From an uncultured Bacteroidales bacterium (GTDB lineage Bacteria; Bacteroidota; Bacteroidia; Bacteroidales; UBA10428): 64,000 bases of DNA. The position numbers were made by a program, and so were the translations under genes. Shown piece after piece: positions 1-10,008 of the stretch (positions are counted from its first letter, which is position 1; each line of letters starts with the position of its first letter). The notes below the pieces were generated by a model. It was given only the letters and a program-made list of their open reading frames with translations, was not told the origin of the DNA and did not search any database. The stretch spans positions 365 to 64,364 of the forward strand of contig CAYORG010000013.1 in the NCBI GenBank assembly GCA_964406315.1. Direction: 5' to 3'.

Positions 1-321
1 ATCAATGAATTCGGGAATACCTTCCTTTGTTTTGGCGGCGGTGTTAGTTTCAAACATTTTCCGGCAGAACATCAAAAGAACAAATTTTATTATGGTATTT
101 CTGTTGATCTCCTTTTTGAAGAATTTTCCCCTGATGAGGATTATGACTACTATACAAACACATTAAGCCTTATCGCTATGCCTAATGCAGGATACAGGTT
201 CAGGTTCGGTTCGGGATTTTACATCAATCTTGGTTTATTTGCTGGACTATATTTCGATATGTATGATCAGATCCCCGGATTTTGGGGTTGTGCAGAATTT
301 GCTTTGGGAGTCGAATTTTAA
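1..321 (+). CDS. 3' part of an outer-membrane beta-barrel protein, paralog of 583..1410 (5' end truncated by the window edge)
   Basis: Frame 1 is open from base 1 to TAA at 319-321: INEFGNTFLCFGGGVSFKHFPAEHQKNKFYYG...GYRFRFGSGFYINLGLFAG...ALGVEF. It aligns by eye with the C-terminus of 583..1410 and ends in Phe (BAM-type signal). Absent from the ORF track. Confidence 0.8.
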   Translation: MNEFGNTFLCFGGGVSFKHFPAEHQKNKFYYGISVDLLFEEFSPDEDYDYYTNTLSLIAMPNAGYRFRFGSGFYINLGLFAGLYFDMYDQIPGFWGCAEFALGVEF

Positions 322-582
322 ATAAAGCAATCTGATTTCCGAATAATGTAAAATTGTACGGAGATATTTGAATAAAGTATATCTCAAATGTAATACTTAT
401 ACATGTTTAGTAATTTCAAATAATTAAGAAATCCATACGCTTATAAAACAAATTCCAACAGATATCAATGTTCTCTTTCAATCAAAAAATAATCTTTGTA
501 ATATTATGGGCATAAAGCTTAGAAGTGAATACAACGAAACGAAACAAAACAGTTCAATTATTAACCTATAAATCCAGTAGCT

Positions 583-1410
583 ATGAAGAATCTAATTACG
601 CTCGTAATTTTGCTGCTTTGTGCTACCATAGCAAATGCTCAGCAGCAAAAAGATGTAGTTTACCTTAAAAACGGAAGCATCATCAAGGGAAACATCACGG
701 AAATGAATCCCGGATCGAACCTGAAGATTGAAACAACAGATGGAAGTTTGTTTATATTCGAAATGAATGAAATAGAAAAAGTGACCAAAGAGACGGTTAC
801 TGCCCCCGGGGAAGAAAAAACTCCAGCTCCTCCTGAACCTACCGAAAAAGATGTCGAGAAAACTCCTGCATCCAAAACAACGAAAACATCATCCTCCCAG
901 CGTTATACTGAACTGGGCAAAGTTCACCTGGGATTTCAACCTGCCGGATTTCTTCAGTTCGGACCTGTAATTGAGCTGGGATTCAGAATTGGTGATAATT
1001 TTGTTTTGAGTCCCCAGTTCAGGTACACTTCTTTGGGACTGGCTTATAATGTAATAAACGATTTTGAAAATACTCTGCTCTGTTTCGGATTAGGTGCCAC
1101 ATTTAAACATTTTCCTGCAAAAAATCAAAAGAATAAATTCTATTACGGTGTTGGATTTGAATATGAGTATTCAGATTTTGATGATTACGACGACTGGTAT
1201 GGTAGCAGTGCAGGTATGGTTATCATAACAAATGTTGGCTACAGATGGAGATTTGGGTCAGGATTTTATATCAACCTTGGTGCATTTGCTGGAGCTTATG
1301 TCAATATCTATGATCAATGGTATGATTATGACGATGATGAACTGCATGATATAAGCGGGTGGACTCAATTCTATGGCTATATAGAATTTGGAATAGGTGT
1401 TGAATTTTAA
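583..1410 (+). CDS. Secreted outer-membrane beta-barrel protein with N-terminal small beta domain and Pro/Thr-rich linker
   Basis: Signal peptide; DVVYLKNGSIIKGNI motif common in Bacteroidota surface proteins; P/T/E/K linker; alternating aromatic beta strands; C-terminal GVEF. Confidence 0.65.
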   Translation: MKNLITLVILLLCATIANAQQQKDVVYLKNGSIIKGNITEMNPGSNLKIETTDGSLFIFEMNEIEKVTKETVTAPGEEKTPAPPEPTEKDVEKTPASKTTKTSSSQRYTELGKVHLGFQPAGFLQFGPVIELGFRIGDNFVLSPQFRYTSLGLAYNVINDFENTLLCFGLGATFKHFPAKNQKNKFYYGVGFEYEYSDFDDYDDWYGSSAGMVIITNVGYRWRFGSGFYINLGAFAGAYVNIYDQWYDYDDDELHDISGWTQFYGYIEFGIGVEF

Positions 1411-1484
1411 GTAAAAAGATCTGATTCCGGGAATGATCCTATATTCATCTTCTGTTACAAAACAGGATCAGATCGTTGACAAAT

Positions 1485-1510
1485 CGGTGCAGGATGAAAT
1501 CCCTGCACCG
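1485..1510. terminator. Hairpin terminator between convergent genes
   Basis: CGGTGCAGG / CCTGCACCG perfect 9-bp stem. Confidence 0.6.
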
Positions 1511-1524
1511 TGTTATTTCACCTT

Positions 1525-2136
1525 CTACTCTTCAATGTTGTAGATAATTCCCTCTAGCTTATTGCTAAGATTAATATTATCAATAATGATCTTTTCCGGT
1601 ACCTTTAATATTACAGGAGCAAAATTCAGTATACCCTTTATTCCTGAAGCAATAAGAAGGTTGCACACTTCCTGTGCAACCTGAAAAGGTACGGCGATTA
1701 TGGCCGTGGTAACATTGTCCTTTTTGATGATCTCTGTGACTTTCTCGGGAGGAAAAATAGGTATGCAATAACTTTTATTTTGTTTTGAAGGATCGATGTC
1801 GAAACCAGCCACAATGTGAAGGTTTTTTTTGATGAACCGTTCGTTGTATTGCGACAGGGCCCTGCCAATATTTCCCATGCCAAATATGATAATGTTCTTC
1901 CGTGATTCTCCAAAAATGTGGTTCAATGATATCAGGAGATTTTCAATGTTGTACCCTCCCCTTTTTTTCCCTTTTATACCATAGGCAGAAAAATCTTTTC
2001 GCACCTGCACTGCAGTTACCCCTGCCACTTCACCCAGATTATGAGAATAGATGGTACTCACACCCAGTTCTTTAAACCGTAAAAGACACAGTTTATATTG
2101 CAATAACCGTTTGATATCACTTCTGACTAAGGCCAT
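1525..2136 (-). CDS. rex: Redox-sensing transcriptional repressor Rex
   Basis: wHTH with S(H)NLGEVAGVTAVQVRKDFSAYG..G.RGGY; Rossmann GMGNIG; GFDIDP; GILNFAP. Confidence 0.95.
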   Translation of the reverse strand: MALVRSDIKRLLQYKLCLLRFKELGVSTIYSHNLGEVAGVTAVQVRKDFSAYGIKGKKRGGYNIENLLISLNHIFGESRKNIIIFGMGNIGRALSQYNERFIKKNLHIVAGFDIDPSKQNKSYCIPIFPPEKVTEIIKKDNVTTAIIAVPFQVAQEVCNLLIASGIKGILNFAPVILKVPEKIIIDNINLSNKLEGIIYNIEE

Positions 2137-2249
2137 TTATTGTTCATTTATAGTACATAATTAATATCCAAATAGAAAGAACCAAATATCATATATTATT
2201 CAATAGTAGGCAATTTAAACTAAATTCTTGATTCAATCTTACAAATTTA

Positions 2250-2267
2250 TTGTACTTTTTTTCACAA
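2250..2267. promoter_or_regulatory. Putative Rex operator
   Basis: TTGTACT-TTTT-TTCACAA versus the consensus TTGTGAA-N4-TTCACAA: right half perfect, left half 4/7. Lies in the rex/hdrA divergent intergenic region. A weaker candidate is at 2310-2327 (TTGTGAT-ATTT-GGTACAT). Confidence 0.55.
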
Positions 2268-2355
2268 AAAATTGATTTACTACGTGAAAAAACGTATTTT
2301 TATTTGTTGTTGTGATATTTGGTACATTATAACTTAATGTCAAACTTATCAAGAC

Positions 2356-4167
2356 ATGAGAAAAACACTTGCTACCGGTGTCTGCTTTTCTCACTCAGAC
2401 AGTAATCATTCTCACTCATTCGATTATCAGGAACTCTATGATTCTGTTGAAATTGTACCTGAAGTAACAAAAATCTGGAATTTCTCAGAAAATCCGGTCC
2501 CGAATCTGGAGTTTTTTATTGAAGAAATTAAAAAGTTCAATATTGACCGTATCATCATCGCAGGGTTCCGGCCAGGATATTTCAAACCATTTTTTGCCAA
2601 AGCACTTCAAAAAGCAGGGAAAGCTCCGGAAAATATTCTTTTAATGAATATTTTTCATGGAATCCCGGAAGGAGTACCTTATAATAAATGGGTGAAAGCA
2701 AAACTTCTATGTACCCTGTATGAGGTTCCCTTCGAGGCATCATTACTCGGCGAGCCCAATCCTGTGAATCCGGAAACCTTGATCATAGGTGGCGGAATTG
2801 CCGGAATTCAGGCCTCACTCGAGATTGCCAACAGTCATAACAAAGTGTATCTTGTCGAGAAAACAGGAACCATAGGGGGACATATGGCCATGTTTGACAA
2901 GACTTTTCCTACCCTCGATTGCGCGGCCTGTATCCTGACCCCTAAAATGGTTGAAGTAAATCAGCATCCGTTTATTGAACTCATTACTTATTCGGAAATA
3001 CGATCTGTTTCAGGGGTGGCAGGCAACTACACGGTTGAAATTCTGAAAAAAGCCCGGAGAGTAAATGTTAAAACCTGTATAGGTTGCGGAACCTGTGCTG
3101 AAAAATGTCCCTCATCAGTCAAAAGTGAATTTGACCAGGGAACAAGTCTGCGTAAAGCTATTTACATGCCCTTTCCCCAGGCTGTTCCAAACAAATACCT
3201 CATCGATGCCGACTCCTGCCGATATGTAAAAGACGGTAAATGCGGAACATGTGTAAAATTTTGTCCAGTAGAGAACTGTATCAATCTCGATGAGAAGGAT
3301 GAAGTAGTTGAGGTGACTGTCGGAAACATCATTGTTGCCACAGGCTTTAAACCTTTCGATGCCGGGCGAATGGAACAGTATGGTTATGGGAAGTATCCTA
3401 ATGTGGTAACCTCTCTCGAGTTGGAACGACTAGTAAATGCTTCCGGGCCAACAGGAGGCAACGTTGTGCTGCGTACACAAGATAAAAAAGGAAACTGGAT
3501 ATTCGATGCCGGCAGTCCCGAACCCAAGAGTATAGCGCTAATCCATTGTGTTGGAAGTCGCGATGAAAACTATAATAAGTATTGCTCTCGTGTATGCTGT
3601 ATGTACTCGCTTAAACTCGCTCACCTTATCGGGGAAAAATTGCCCGAAGCTGAAGTATTCGAATACTATATTGATATGCGTGCCTATGGAAAGGGTTACG
3701 AGGAGTTTTACAAGCGTATCGAAGAAGAAGGTGTGCACATTATCAGGGGGAAAACAGCAAAAATTGAAGAAAAAAACAATCACCTTTTACTGCGGACTGA
3801 AGATATTGAACATGGCCGGTTATTGGAACAATCGGTCGATATGGTTGTCCTGGCTGCAGGCCTTGAACCCGGGAACGACACAAAAAAAATCGCTTCAATG
3901 TTGGGAATATCCTGTTCCGATGATGGCTGGTTTCAAGAATCGGATGCAGTATGCAATACGAATATGACTCTGACCGGTGGAGTTCTGCTTGCCGGAACAT
4001 GTCAGGGACCAAAAGACATACCCGATTCAGTAGTGCAGGGTTCTGCTGCGGCATCGAGTGTGATTCAGAGTATTCATCGAAAAACTGTTCCTCAGAGTCT
4101 TAAGAGTATTCCCCCGGAAGATATCAAACGAAGAGCTGTGATACTATCACCCTTAAACGGAGATTAA
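2356..4167 (+). CDS. hdrA: HdrA/QmoA-B family FAD and Fe-S protein (HdrA'): degenerate N-terminal domain, inserted 2x[4Fe-4S] ferredoxin, no C-terminal ferredoxin
   Basis: IIGGGIAG FAD motif; KTFPTLDCAACIL; CIGCGTCAEKCP and C..GKCGTCVKFCP; TSLELER; HCVGSRD..YCSRVCCMYSLK; GTCQGPKDIPDSV. Confidence 0.9.
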   Translation: MRKTLATGVCFSHSDSNHSHSFDYQELYDSVEIVPEVTKIWNFSENPVPNLEFFIEEIKKFNIDRIIIAGFRPGYFKPFFAKALQKAGKAPENILLMNIFHGIPEGVPYNKWVKAKLLCTLYEVPFEASLLGEPNPVNPETLIIGGGIAGIQASLEIANSHNKVYLVEKTGTIGGHMAMFDKTFPTLDCAACILTPKMVEVNQHPFIELITYSEIRSVSGVAGNYTVEILKKARRVNVKTCIGCGTCAEKCPSSVKSEFDQGTSLRKAIYMPFPQAVPNKYLIDADSCRYVKDGKCGTCVKFCPVENCINLDEKDEVVEVTVGNIIVATGFKPFDAGRMEQYGYGKYPNVVTSLELERLVNASGPTGGNVVLRTQDKKGNWIFDAGSPEPKSIALIHCVGSRDENYNKYCSRVCCMYSLKLAHLIGEKLPEAEVFEYYIDMRAYGKGYEEFYKRIEEEGVHIIRGKTAKIEEKNNHLLLRTEDIEHGRLLEQSVDMVVLAAGLEPGNDTKKIASMLGISCSDDGWFQESDAVCNTNMTLTGGVLLAGTCQGPKDIPDSVVQGSAAASSVIQSIHRKTVPQSLKSIPPEDIKRRAVILSPLNGD

Positions 4168-4170
4168 AAC

Positions 4171-5262
4171 ATGAACCGTATCGACCCTGATTTCAAAGAA
4201 AAGCTTAAACCCTTTGGTATAGGCAACTGGAACGAATGTTACCATTGCGGAAATTGCACAGCAACATGTCCTCATACTGAAGAAGGATTTCTTTTTCCCC
4301 GTAAAGGAATAAGAAGTATTCAACTGGGACTTGCTGATAGTATACATAATAACGTTGATCCATGGCTCTGTTACTATTGTGGCGATTGCAGCGAAACATG
4401 TCCCCGAAATGCCAATCCGGGAGAATTGATGATGACATTGCGGCGATACCTGACCACAGTATACGACTGGACAGGTTTAGCACGTATCTTATATACCTCG
4501 TTTCCTGCACTTATCATAGCCTTTGTGCTGGTTGCTCTTTCAATAATCGGCGTTGGATTTCTTAAAAATTTCGATAGGATTGCCATAATGGAGTTCGGAC
4601 ATAAATTTGAGTTCTTTGCTATTCTTTCAGTTGCCGTTATCATATTGCTGCCTAATATTTTACGTATGCTATGGTTTACCCTGGTAAAAGAAAAAGTCAA
4701 AGCACCTTTTTTCTTTTACATAACCGGCTTTGTGGATTTGATAGTACATATGTTCACCCAGAAAAAAACGTTGAAATGTGAAGAAAACAAACTGCAATGG
4801 TTCGAGCATTTTATCCTTGTACTTGGCTACTTATTGTTACTGTTTACTACTGTCTTTCTCAACTGGTTTGGTACGGAGAACCTTTACATAGTAACCACCG
4901 GATATAGTGTCGGGGCTATTACCTTCGTTATTACCTTTCTTTTTATCATAAGGCGAATCAGAAAAAAAAGTGAGTTAAGCAAGTTTTCACATCCTTCCGA
5001 CTGGCTTTTTATTATATGGTTATTCCTCATGGGATTAACAGCTTTCCTTGTTCGCGTGTTTATTGATTTGAATATAATAGGCAATCATTTATGGCTGTAC
5101 CTGGTGCATCTGATAATACTTGCGCAATGGGCAGTTCTTATAGTACCTTTCGGTAAGTGGACACATTTTTTATATCGATCATTTGCTATTTACATAGCAA
5201 AAATTAAAAAAGAAAATCTGATTAAACATATTGATAAAGAGTTAGTTACTGTTACAACGTAA
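4171..5262 (+). CDS. QmoC-like membrane subunit (2x[4Fe-4S] domain plus cytochrome b-type transmembrane domain)
   Basis: CYHCGNCTATCP and CYYCGDCSETCP, followed by about 6 hydrophobic helices with His in WFEHFIL and PFGKWTHFLYR (QmoC/NarI-like heme b ligand positions). Confidence 0.8.
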   Translation: MNRIDPDFKEKLKPFGIGNWNECYHCGNCTATCPHTEEGFLFPRKGIRSIQLGLADSIHNNVDPWLCYYCGDCSETCPRNANPGELMMTLRRYLTTVYDWTGLARILYTSFPALIIAFVLVALSIIGVGFLKNFDRIAIMEFGHKFEFFAILSVAVIILLPNILRMLWFTLVKEKVKAPFFFYITGFVDLIVHMFTQKKTLKCEENKLQWFEHFILVLGYLLLLFTTVFLNWFGTENLYIVTTGYSVGAITFVITFLFIIRRIRKKSELSKFSHPSDWLFIIWLFLMGLTAFLVRVFIDLNIIGNHLWLYLVHLIILAQWAVLIVPFGKWTHFLYRSFAIYIAKIKKENLIKHIDKELVTVTT

Positions 5263-5275
5263 ATAATTTTTTACT

Positions 5276-7006
5276 ATGGAAGAAATAAGAACAGGTGTCT
5301 ATATCTGTTGGTGCGGTTCGAACATTGCAAAAATGATTGATGTTCAGAGAATCGCTTCAGAAGCGCAAAAATTACCAAATGTTGTAATGGCGCGCGATTA
5401 CAAATATATGTGCTCCGATCCGGGACAGGATAAACTTATCGGCGATATTAAAGAGTTTAAGCTCAACCGTATTGTTATAGCAGCCTGCTCACCTCGCATT
5501 CATGAACCTACATTCCGAAAAGCCCTTGAACAAGCCGGCTTAAATCCCTATTTATTTCAAATGGCCAACATTCGGGAACAGGATTCATGGGTTCATATCG
5601 ACAGGGAATATGCCACACTAAAAGCACTTTCACTAATAAAAGCAGCTGTTAGCCGCGTAGAGCATCACAAATCTCTTGATAAAAAATTTGTAGAAGTTAA
5701 TCCAGCCACTCTTGTCATTGGAGGAGGAATAACAGGCATATCAGCCGCATTGGAAATAGCCGGAGCAGGAAAAAAGGTTTATCTGGTTGAAAAAACGGAT
5801 GCACTTGGAGGAATTGCAGCTAAACTTGACCTTACCTTCCCTTATCTGGAAAGTGCTCGCCAAATGCTTAAACCCAGGATTAAACAGGTTCAGTTGCACA
5901 AGTTAATTGATATCTTTCTTAACGCTTCTATCGAAGAAATAACAGGGTACGTCGGTAATTTTACATCGAAAATTCGACTGAAGGGTTTGGAAAAAGAATT
6001 ACAATTTGGAAATATCATTGTGGCTACCGGACTGCAACCTTTTAATCCGGCTTCGATTCCTGAATATGGGTATGGTAAGCTGCCTGACATAGTAACTTCA
6101 TTACAACTGGAAGAAATGCTGATTCAGGGAAATGTGATTACCAGTAAGGGGAAAGAACCAAAAAATATTGTCATAATTCATTGTGTTGGCAGCCGAAGCG
6201 CAAAGTATCATCCTTACTGTTCCCGGACATGCTGCTCTACAGCGCTGAAATATGCCAATCAACTTCTCTCAGTTTTACCCGACTCGAATATTTATGAATT
6301 GTATGCCGATATGCGAACGTTTGGAAAAGGATGCGAAGAGTTCTATTCCGATTCATCGCACAGGAAAATACTATTTCTGATGTTCGACCAGGAGAATAAT
6401 CTTCCCAAAATCAGTAAAGCACCCGAAAAAGATACATCAGAAATGATTATATCTATGCATGAAAAACTCTCAGGCGAAGATATTGAAATACCTGCCGATT
6501 TGGTTATCCTGATGACGGGGATGAAAGCCCAGCCTGACGCCAAAGATATAGCAAGGCTCACAGGTGTAAGCTTATGTGGTAATGACTTCTATATTGAAAA
6601 ACATCCAAAGCTCGACCCGGTTGCTACAACCACTGATGGAGTTTATATTGTTGGGAATTGTCAGAGCCCAAAAGATATTACTGAGAGTATTGCACAGGCA
6701 AAAGCAGCAACAGCCCGCGTGCTGGCGAGTATTGCTGTTGGCAATATGGAAGTTGAAGTCACCACCGCTCATGTAAATGAGGATGTATGCTGTGGATGCC
6801 AGACCTGTATTATGGTATGTCCCTATACGGCTATTCATTTTGATGAAGAGAAAAAAGTTTCGGTTGTAAATGAGGCTCTTTGCAAAGGTTGCGGTACATG
6901 TGGATCGACCTGTCCGACAGGTGCCATCGAAAGTCGCCATTTTACCGACATACAAATATTATCGCAAATCGAAGGTTTACTTAAAACTGAAAAAGAATCT
7001 ATCTAA
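5276..7006 (+). CDS. hdrA: Second HdrA-family protein (HdrA''): canonical Cys-bearing N-terminus and C-terminal 2x[4Fe-4S], no inserted ferredoxin
   Basis: [31 protein letters not shown]; VIGGGITG; [18 protein letters not shown]; [12 protein letters not shown] and [12 protein letters not shown]. Confidence 0.9.
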   Translation: MEEIRTGVYICWCGSNIAKMIDVQRIASEAQKLPNVVMARDYKYMCSDPGQDKLIGDIKEFKLNRIVIAACSPRIHEPTFRKALEQAGLNPYLFQMANIREQDSWVHIDREYATLKALSLIKAAVSRVEHHKSLDKKFVEVNPATLVIGGGITGISAALEIAGAGKKVYLVEKTDALGGIAAKLDLTFPYLESARQMLKPRIKQVQLHKLIDIFLNASIEEITGYVGNFTSKIRLKGLEKELQFGNIIVATGLQPFNPASIPEYGYGKLPDIVTSLQLEEMLIQGNVITSKGKEPKNIVIIHCVGSRSAKYHPYCSRTCCSTALKYANQLLSVLPDSNIYELYADMRTFGKGCEEFYSDSSHRKILFLMFDQENNLPKISKAPEKDTSEMIISMHEKLSGEDIEIPADLVILMTGMKAQPDAKDIARLTGVSLCGNDFYIEKHPKLDPVATTTDGVYIVGNCQSPKDITESIAQAKAATARVLASIAVGNMEVEVTTAHVNEDVCCGCQTCIMVCPYTAIHFDEEKKVSVVNEALCKGCGTCGSTCPTGAIESRHFTDIQILSQIEGLLKTEKESI

Positions 7007-7011
7007 ATAGC

Positions 7012-7443
7012 ATGAATATGGCATTTGAACCCACAATCGTATCTTTTCTCTGCAACTGGTGTTCCTACACAGGGGCTGACCTGGCTGGAACTTCACGTAT
7101 TCCGTATGCACCCAACCTGCGTACCATTCGCATCATGTGTTCAGGTCGAATTGAACCCACATTTGTCTTAAAGGCATTTCGCGAAGGTGCTGATGGAGTG
7201 CTTATGTGTGGCTGTCATCCGGGAGATTGTCATTACCAGGAAGGCAACTATAAGTGCCTGAGGAGGTATTTCCTCTTACAAAAATACCTTCAGCAGATGG
7301 GTATAAGAAAAGAGCGGTTACGGTTGGAATGGATAAGTGCCAGCGAAGGGAAACAGTTTGCTGCCCTGGCTAATGATTTTACCGAAGCCATAAGGCAGCT
7401 TGGACCCTGCAAGGTAAAAACCGTGATGGATACACTAACCTGA
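7012..7443 (+). CDS. mvhD: Hydrogenase iron-sulfur subunit MvhD ([2Fe-2S])
   Basis: [36 protein letters not shown]. Confidence 0.95.
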   Translation: MNMAFEPTIVSFLCNWCSYTGADLAGTSRIPYAPNLRTIRIMCSGRIEPTFVLKAFREGADGVLMCGCHPGDCHYQEGNYKCLRRYFLLQKYLQQMGIRKERLRLEWISASEGKQFAALANDFTEAIRQLGPCKVKTVMDTLT

Positions 7444-7536
7444 TTTCGATTTAATGAAGTAAAATAAATAGTAATTCATAGGAGTAAAAATGCATAAGGC
7501 AGATGTAACTGAAATTTAAACCCTGGAGAAAAGATT

Positions 7537-8526
7537 ATGTCAAAAGAAAACAAAGAAAAACCCAAGCTTAAACTGGCAATATACTGGGGCGCTGCATGTG
7601 GTGGTTGCTGTGTATCGGTGCTCGATGTACATGAAAAATTATTTGATGTTGTAGCAGCTGCCGATCTGGTTTTCTGGCCGATAGCTCTCGATACGAAATA
7701 CGCCGATGTGGAGGCTATGGAAGACGGTTTTATAGATGTTACACTATATAATGGAGCAGTAAGAAATAGTGAAAATGAGCATATTGCCAAATTGCTACGT
7801 CAGAAATCCAAGATTTTAGTAGCTTACGGTTCATGTGCTCATATGGGAGGTATTCCCGGTTTGGCCAATTTTCATAACAGGGAACAGATTTTCGATAGAG
7901 TGTATAACACCAGTGAGTCGACTGTCAATAAAGAAAAAACTTTACCTCAAACAAGTTTTAAAGTAAGTGAAGGAATACTTACCCTACCGGAATTTTATAA
8001 TGATGTACGTCCATTGGATCAGGTTGTCGATGTGGACTACTACCTGCCCGGTTGTCCACCGCAAACCGAACGTTTTGTAGATGTGTTCATGGCTATAGCC
8101 AAAGGTACTGAGCTACCCCCGAACGGAGCTGTTGTGGGTGCCCTTGAAAAAACACAATGCGATGAGTGCAAACGAATTAAAACAGACAATAAGCGTATCA
8201 GGGAATTCAAGCGTCCTACAGAAGTAATCGATGATGGCGAAACCTGCTTTCTGGAACAGGGACTGATCTGTATGGGACCGGCAACACGCTGTGGTTGCGG
8301 TTATCGTTGCATTGAAGGAAATAGCCCCTGTCGCGGTTGTTACGGTCCTCCGTCAACATCACTTGATCCCGGAGCAAAAATGATGTCGGCTATTGCTACC
8401 ATGATCGATTCAAACGATCCGGCGGAAGTTGAAAAAATTATCGAGCAAATTGAAGATCCTGCAGGAACATTCTACCGTTTTAGTTTGCCAGGATCAATTC
8501 TTCGAAGAAAACTCATTGAAACATAA
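7537..8526 (+). CDS. mvhG: Group 3c [NiFe]-hydrogenase small subunit MvhG
   Basis: ACGGCCVS, YGSCA..GGIPG, LPGCPP, QCDEC, CFLEQGLICMGPATRCGC...C..GNSPCRGCYG. Confidence 0.9.
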   Translation: MSKENKEKPKLKLAIYWGAACGGCCVSVLDVHEKLFDVVAAADLVFWPIALDTKYADVEAMEDGFIDVTLYNGAVRNSENEHIAKLLRQKSKILVAYGSCAHMGGIPGLANFHNREQIFDRVYNTSESTVNKEKTLPQTSFKVSEGILTLPEFYNDVRPLDQVVDVDYYLPGCPPQTERFVDVFMAIAKGTELPPNGAVVGALEKTQCDECKRIKTDNKRIREFKRPTEVIDDGETCFLEQGLICMGPATRCGCGYRCIEGNSPCRGCYGPPSTSLDPGAKMMSAIATMIDSNDPAEVEKIIEQIEDPAGTFYRFSLPGSILRRKLIET

Positions 8527-8528
8527 AC

Positions 8529-9998
8529 GTGATGCAACAATATACCATCGATCCCATAACACGGCTTGAAGGACACGGCAAAATAGAAATATTCTGCAAT
8601 GACGATGGAGAGGTTGAGAATGTATATTTTCAGGTACCGGAGTTACGTGGTTTTGAAAAATTCTGTGAAGGCCGTCCTGTTGAAGAACTCTCCCAAATCG
8701 TTACAAAAATATGCGGCGTATGTCCGGGGTGTCACCATATGGCTTCTGGGAAAGCCGCCGATGCCGTCTATGGAACAGAGCCGACTCCTACGGCCAAAAA
8801 ATTACGCGAACTGTTCTACATGGCACACTTTATTCATAGTCATACAGCACATTTTTATGCTCTTGCAGCACCCGATTTTATCGTTGGTCCTACCGCGAAA
8901 AAGGAAGAAAGAAATATCCTGGGTGTAATAGCCAGAGTAGGAAAAGAAACAGGTACGGAAGTTATTAAACAACGGCGGCTGGCACAGGAAATTCAGGCAT
9001 TGCTCGGAGGACATCAGACCCATGTTGTAATGAACATACCCGGAGGTGTGAAGAAAGGATTGACGGCAGAACAGCGGGATGACATCGTGGAAAGAGCCAA
9101 AGGATTTATTGAATTTTCAAAATTCTCATTAAAGCTTTTTCATGATTTGGTTCTGGGCAACAAGGATTATGTAGATCTTATTCTTCATGGACCCTATTCT
9201 CTGAAAATCCATTCCATGGGGCTTGTAGATTCTAATAATAAGGTGAATTTCTACGATGGAAAAGTCAGGGTGGTCGATACGGAAGGCAAGGAATTATGCA
9301 AATATTCTCCCAATGAGTATATGAACTATGTGGCTGAAAGGGTTGAACCCTGGAGCTACCTGAAATTCCCATACCTGAAACAAAAAGGATGGAACGGATT
9401 CAATGAAGGTGCTGACTCGGGTGTTTATCATGCCACACCCCTCTCACGTCTTAATGCAGCAAATGGAATGGCCACTCCTCTTGCACAGAAAGAATATGAA
9501 GCAATGTACAATACCCTGGGTGGTAAACCTGTCCATTCAACCCTGGTTATGCACTGGGCTCGATTGATTGAATTGCTGTATGCTTCGGAGCATTGTCTGG
9601 AACTTATAGAAGATCCTGAAATCACTGGAAAAGAGTTACGGAACATGCCTGAAAAGGTAGTGGGTGAAGGTATTGGTATTGTGGAAGCACAGCGAGGTAC
9701 CCTGACACATCATTATTGGACAGACAAAAAAGGGATCGTTACCAGGGTGAATATTATTGTGGGTACCACAAACAACAATGCAGCCATATGCATGTCGCTG
9801 AAGAAAGCAGCTCAGAATATCATTAAAAAAGGAGTGGAAGTGACAGACGGTATTCTAAACATGATCGAAATGGCTTTCAGAGCCTATGATCCCTGCTTCT
9901 CCTGTGCAACTCATTCACTGCCCGGTGAGATGCCCCTGGTCGTAAACTTCAGAAATTCTAAGGGAGAAATCATCAGATCCGTAAAGAGAAAACCTTAA
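8529..9998 (+). CDS. mvhA: Group 3c [NiFe]-hydrogenase large subunit MvhA
   Basis: IDPITRLEGHG; L1 KICGVCPGCH; EAQRGTLTHHY; L2 AFRAYDPCFSCATH followed by a 27-residue cleavable tail. All four Ni ligands are Cys. GTG start at 8529 or ATG at 8532. Confidence 0.93.
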   Translation: MMQQYTIDPITRLEGHGKIEIFCNDDGEVENVYFQVPELRGFEKFCEGRPVEELSQIVTKICGVCPGCHHMASGKAADAVYGTEPTPTAKKLRELFYMAHFIHSHTAHFYALAAPDFIVGPTAKKEERNILGVIARVGKETGTEVIKQRRLAQEIQALLGGHQTHVVMNIPGGVKKGLTAEQRDDIVERAKGFIEFSKFSLKLFHDLVLGNKDYVDLILHGPYSLKIHSMGLVDSNNKVNFYDGKVRVVDTEGKELCKYSPNEYMNYVAERVEPWSYLKFPYLKQKGWNGFNEGADSGVYHATPLSRLNAANGMATPLAQKEYEAMYNTLGGKPVHSTLVMHWARLIELLYASEHCLELIEDPEITGKELRNMPEKVVGEGIGIVEAQRGTLTHHYWTDKKGIVTRVNIIVGTTNNNAAICMSLKKAAQNIIKKGVEVTDGILNMIEMAFRAYDPCFSCATHSLPGEMPLVVNFRNSKGEIIRSVKRKP

Positions 9999-10008
9999 AC
10001 TTTGATAT

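Noticed and set aside
2356-7006. Evidence for sulfate reduction or methanogenesis
   Set aside because: No aprAB, sat, dsr, hdrB or mcr in the window, and the surrounding genes and promoters are Bacteroidota-type.
7490-7519. 9-codon mini-ORF (MHKADVTEI) with AGGAG between mvhD and mvhG, and SD motifs as a sign of horizontal transfer
   Set aside because: Too short to support. GGAG(G) also precedes the native genes htpG and corA, so it does not discriminate.
2356-9998. Selenocysteine-containing Hdr/Mvh subunits
   Set aside because: All ORFs are uninterrupted; MvhA L2 is DPCFSC with Cys; no in-frame TGA needs recoding.
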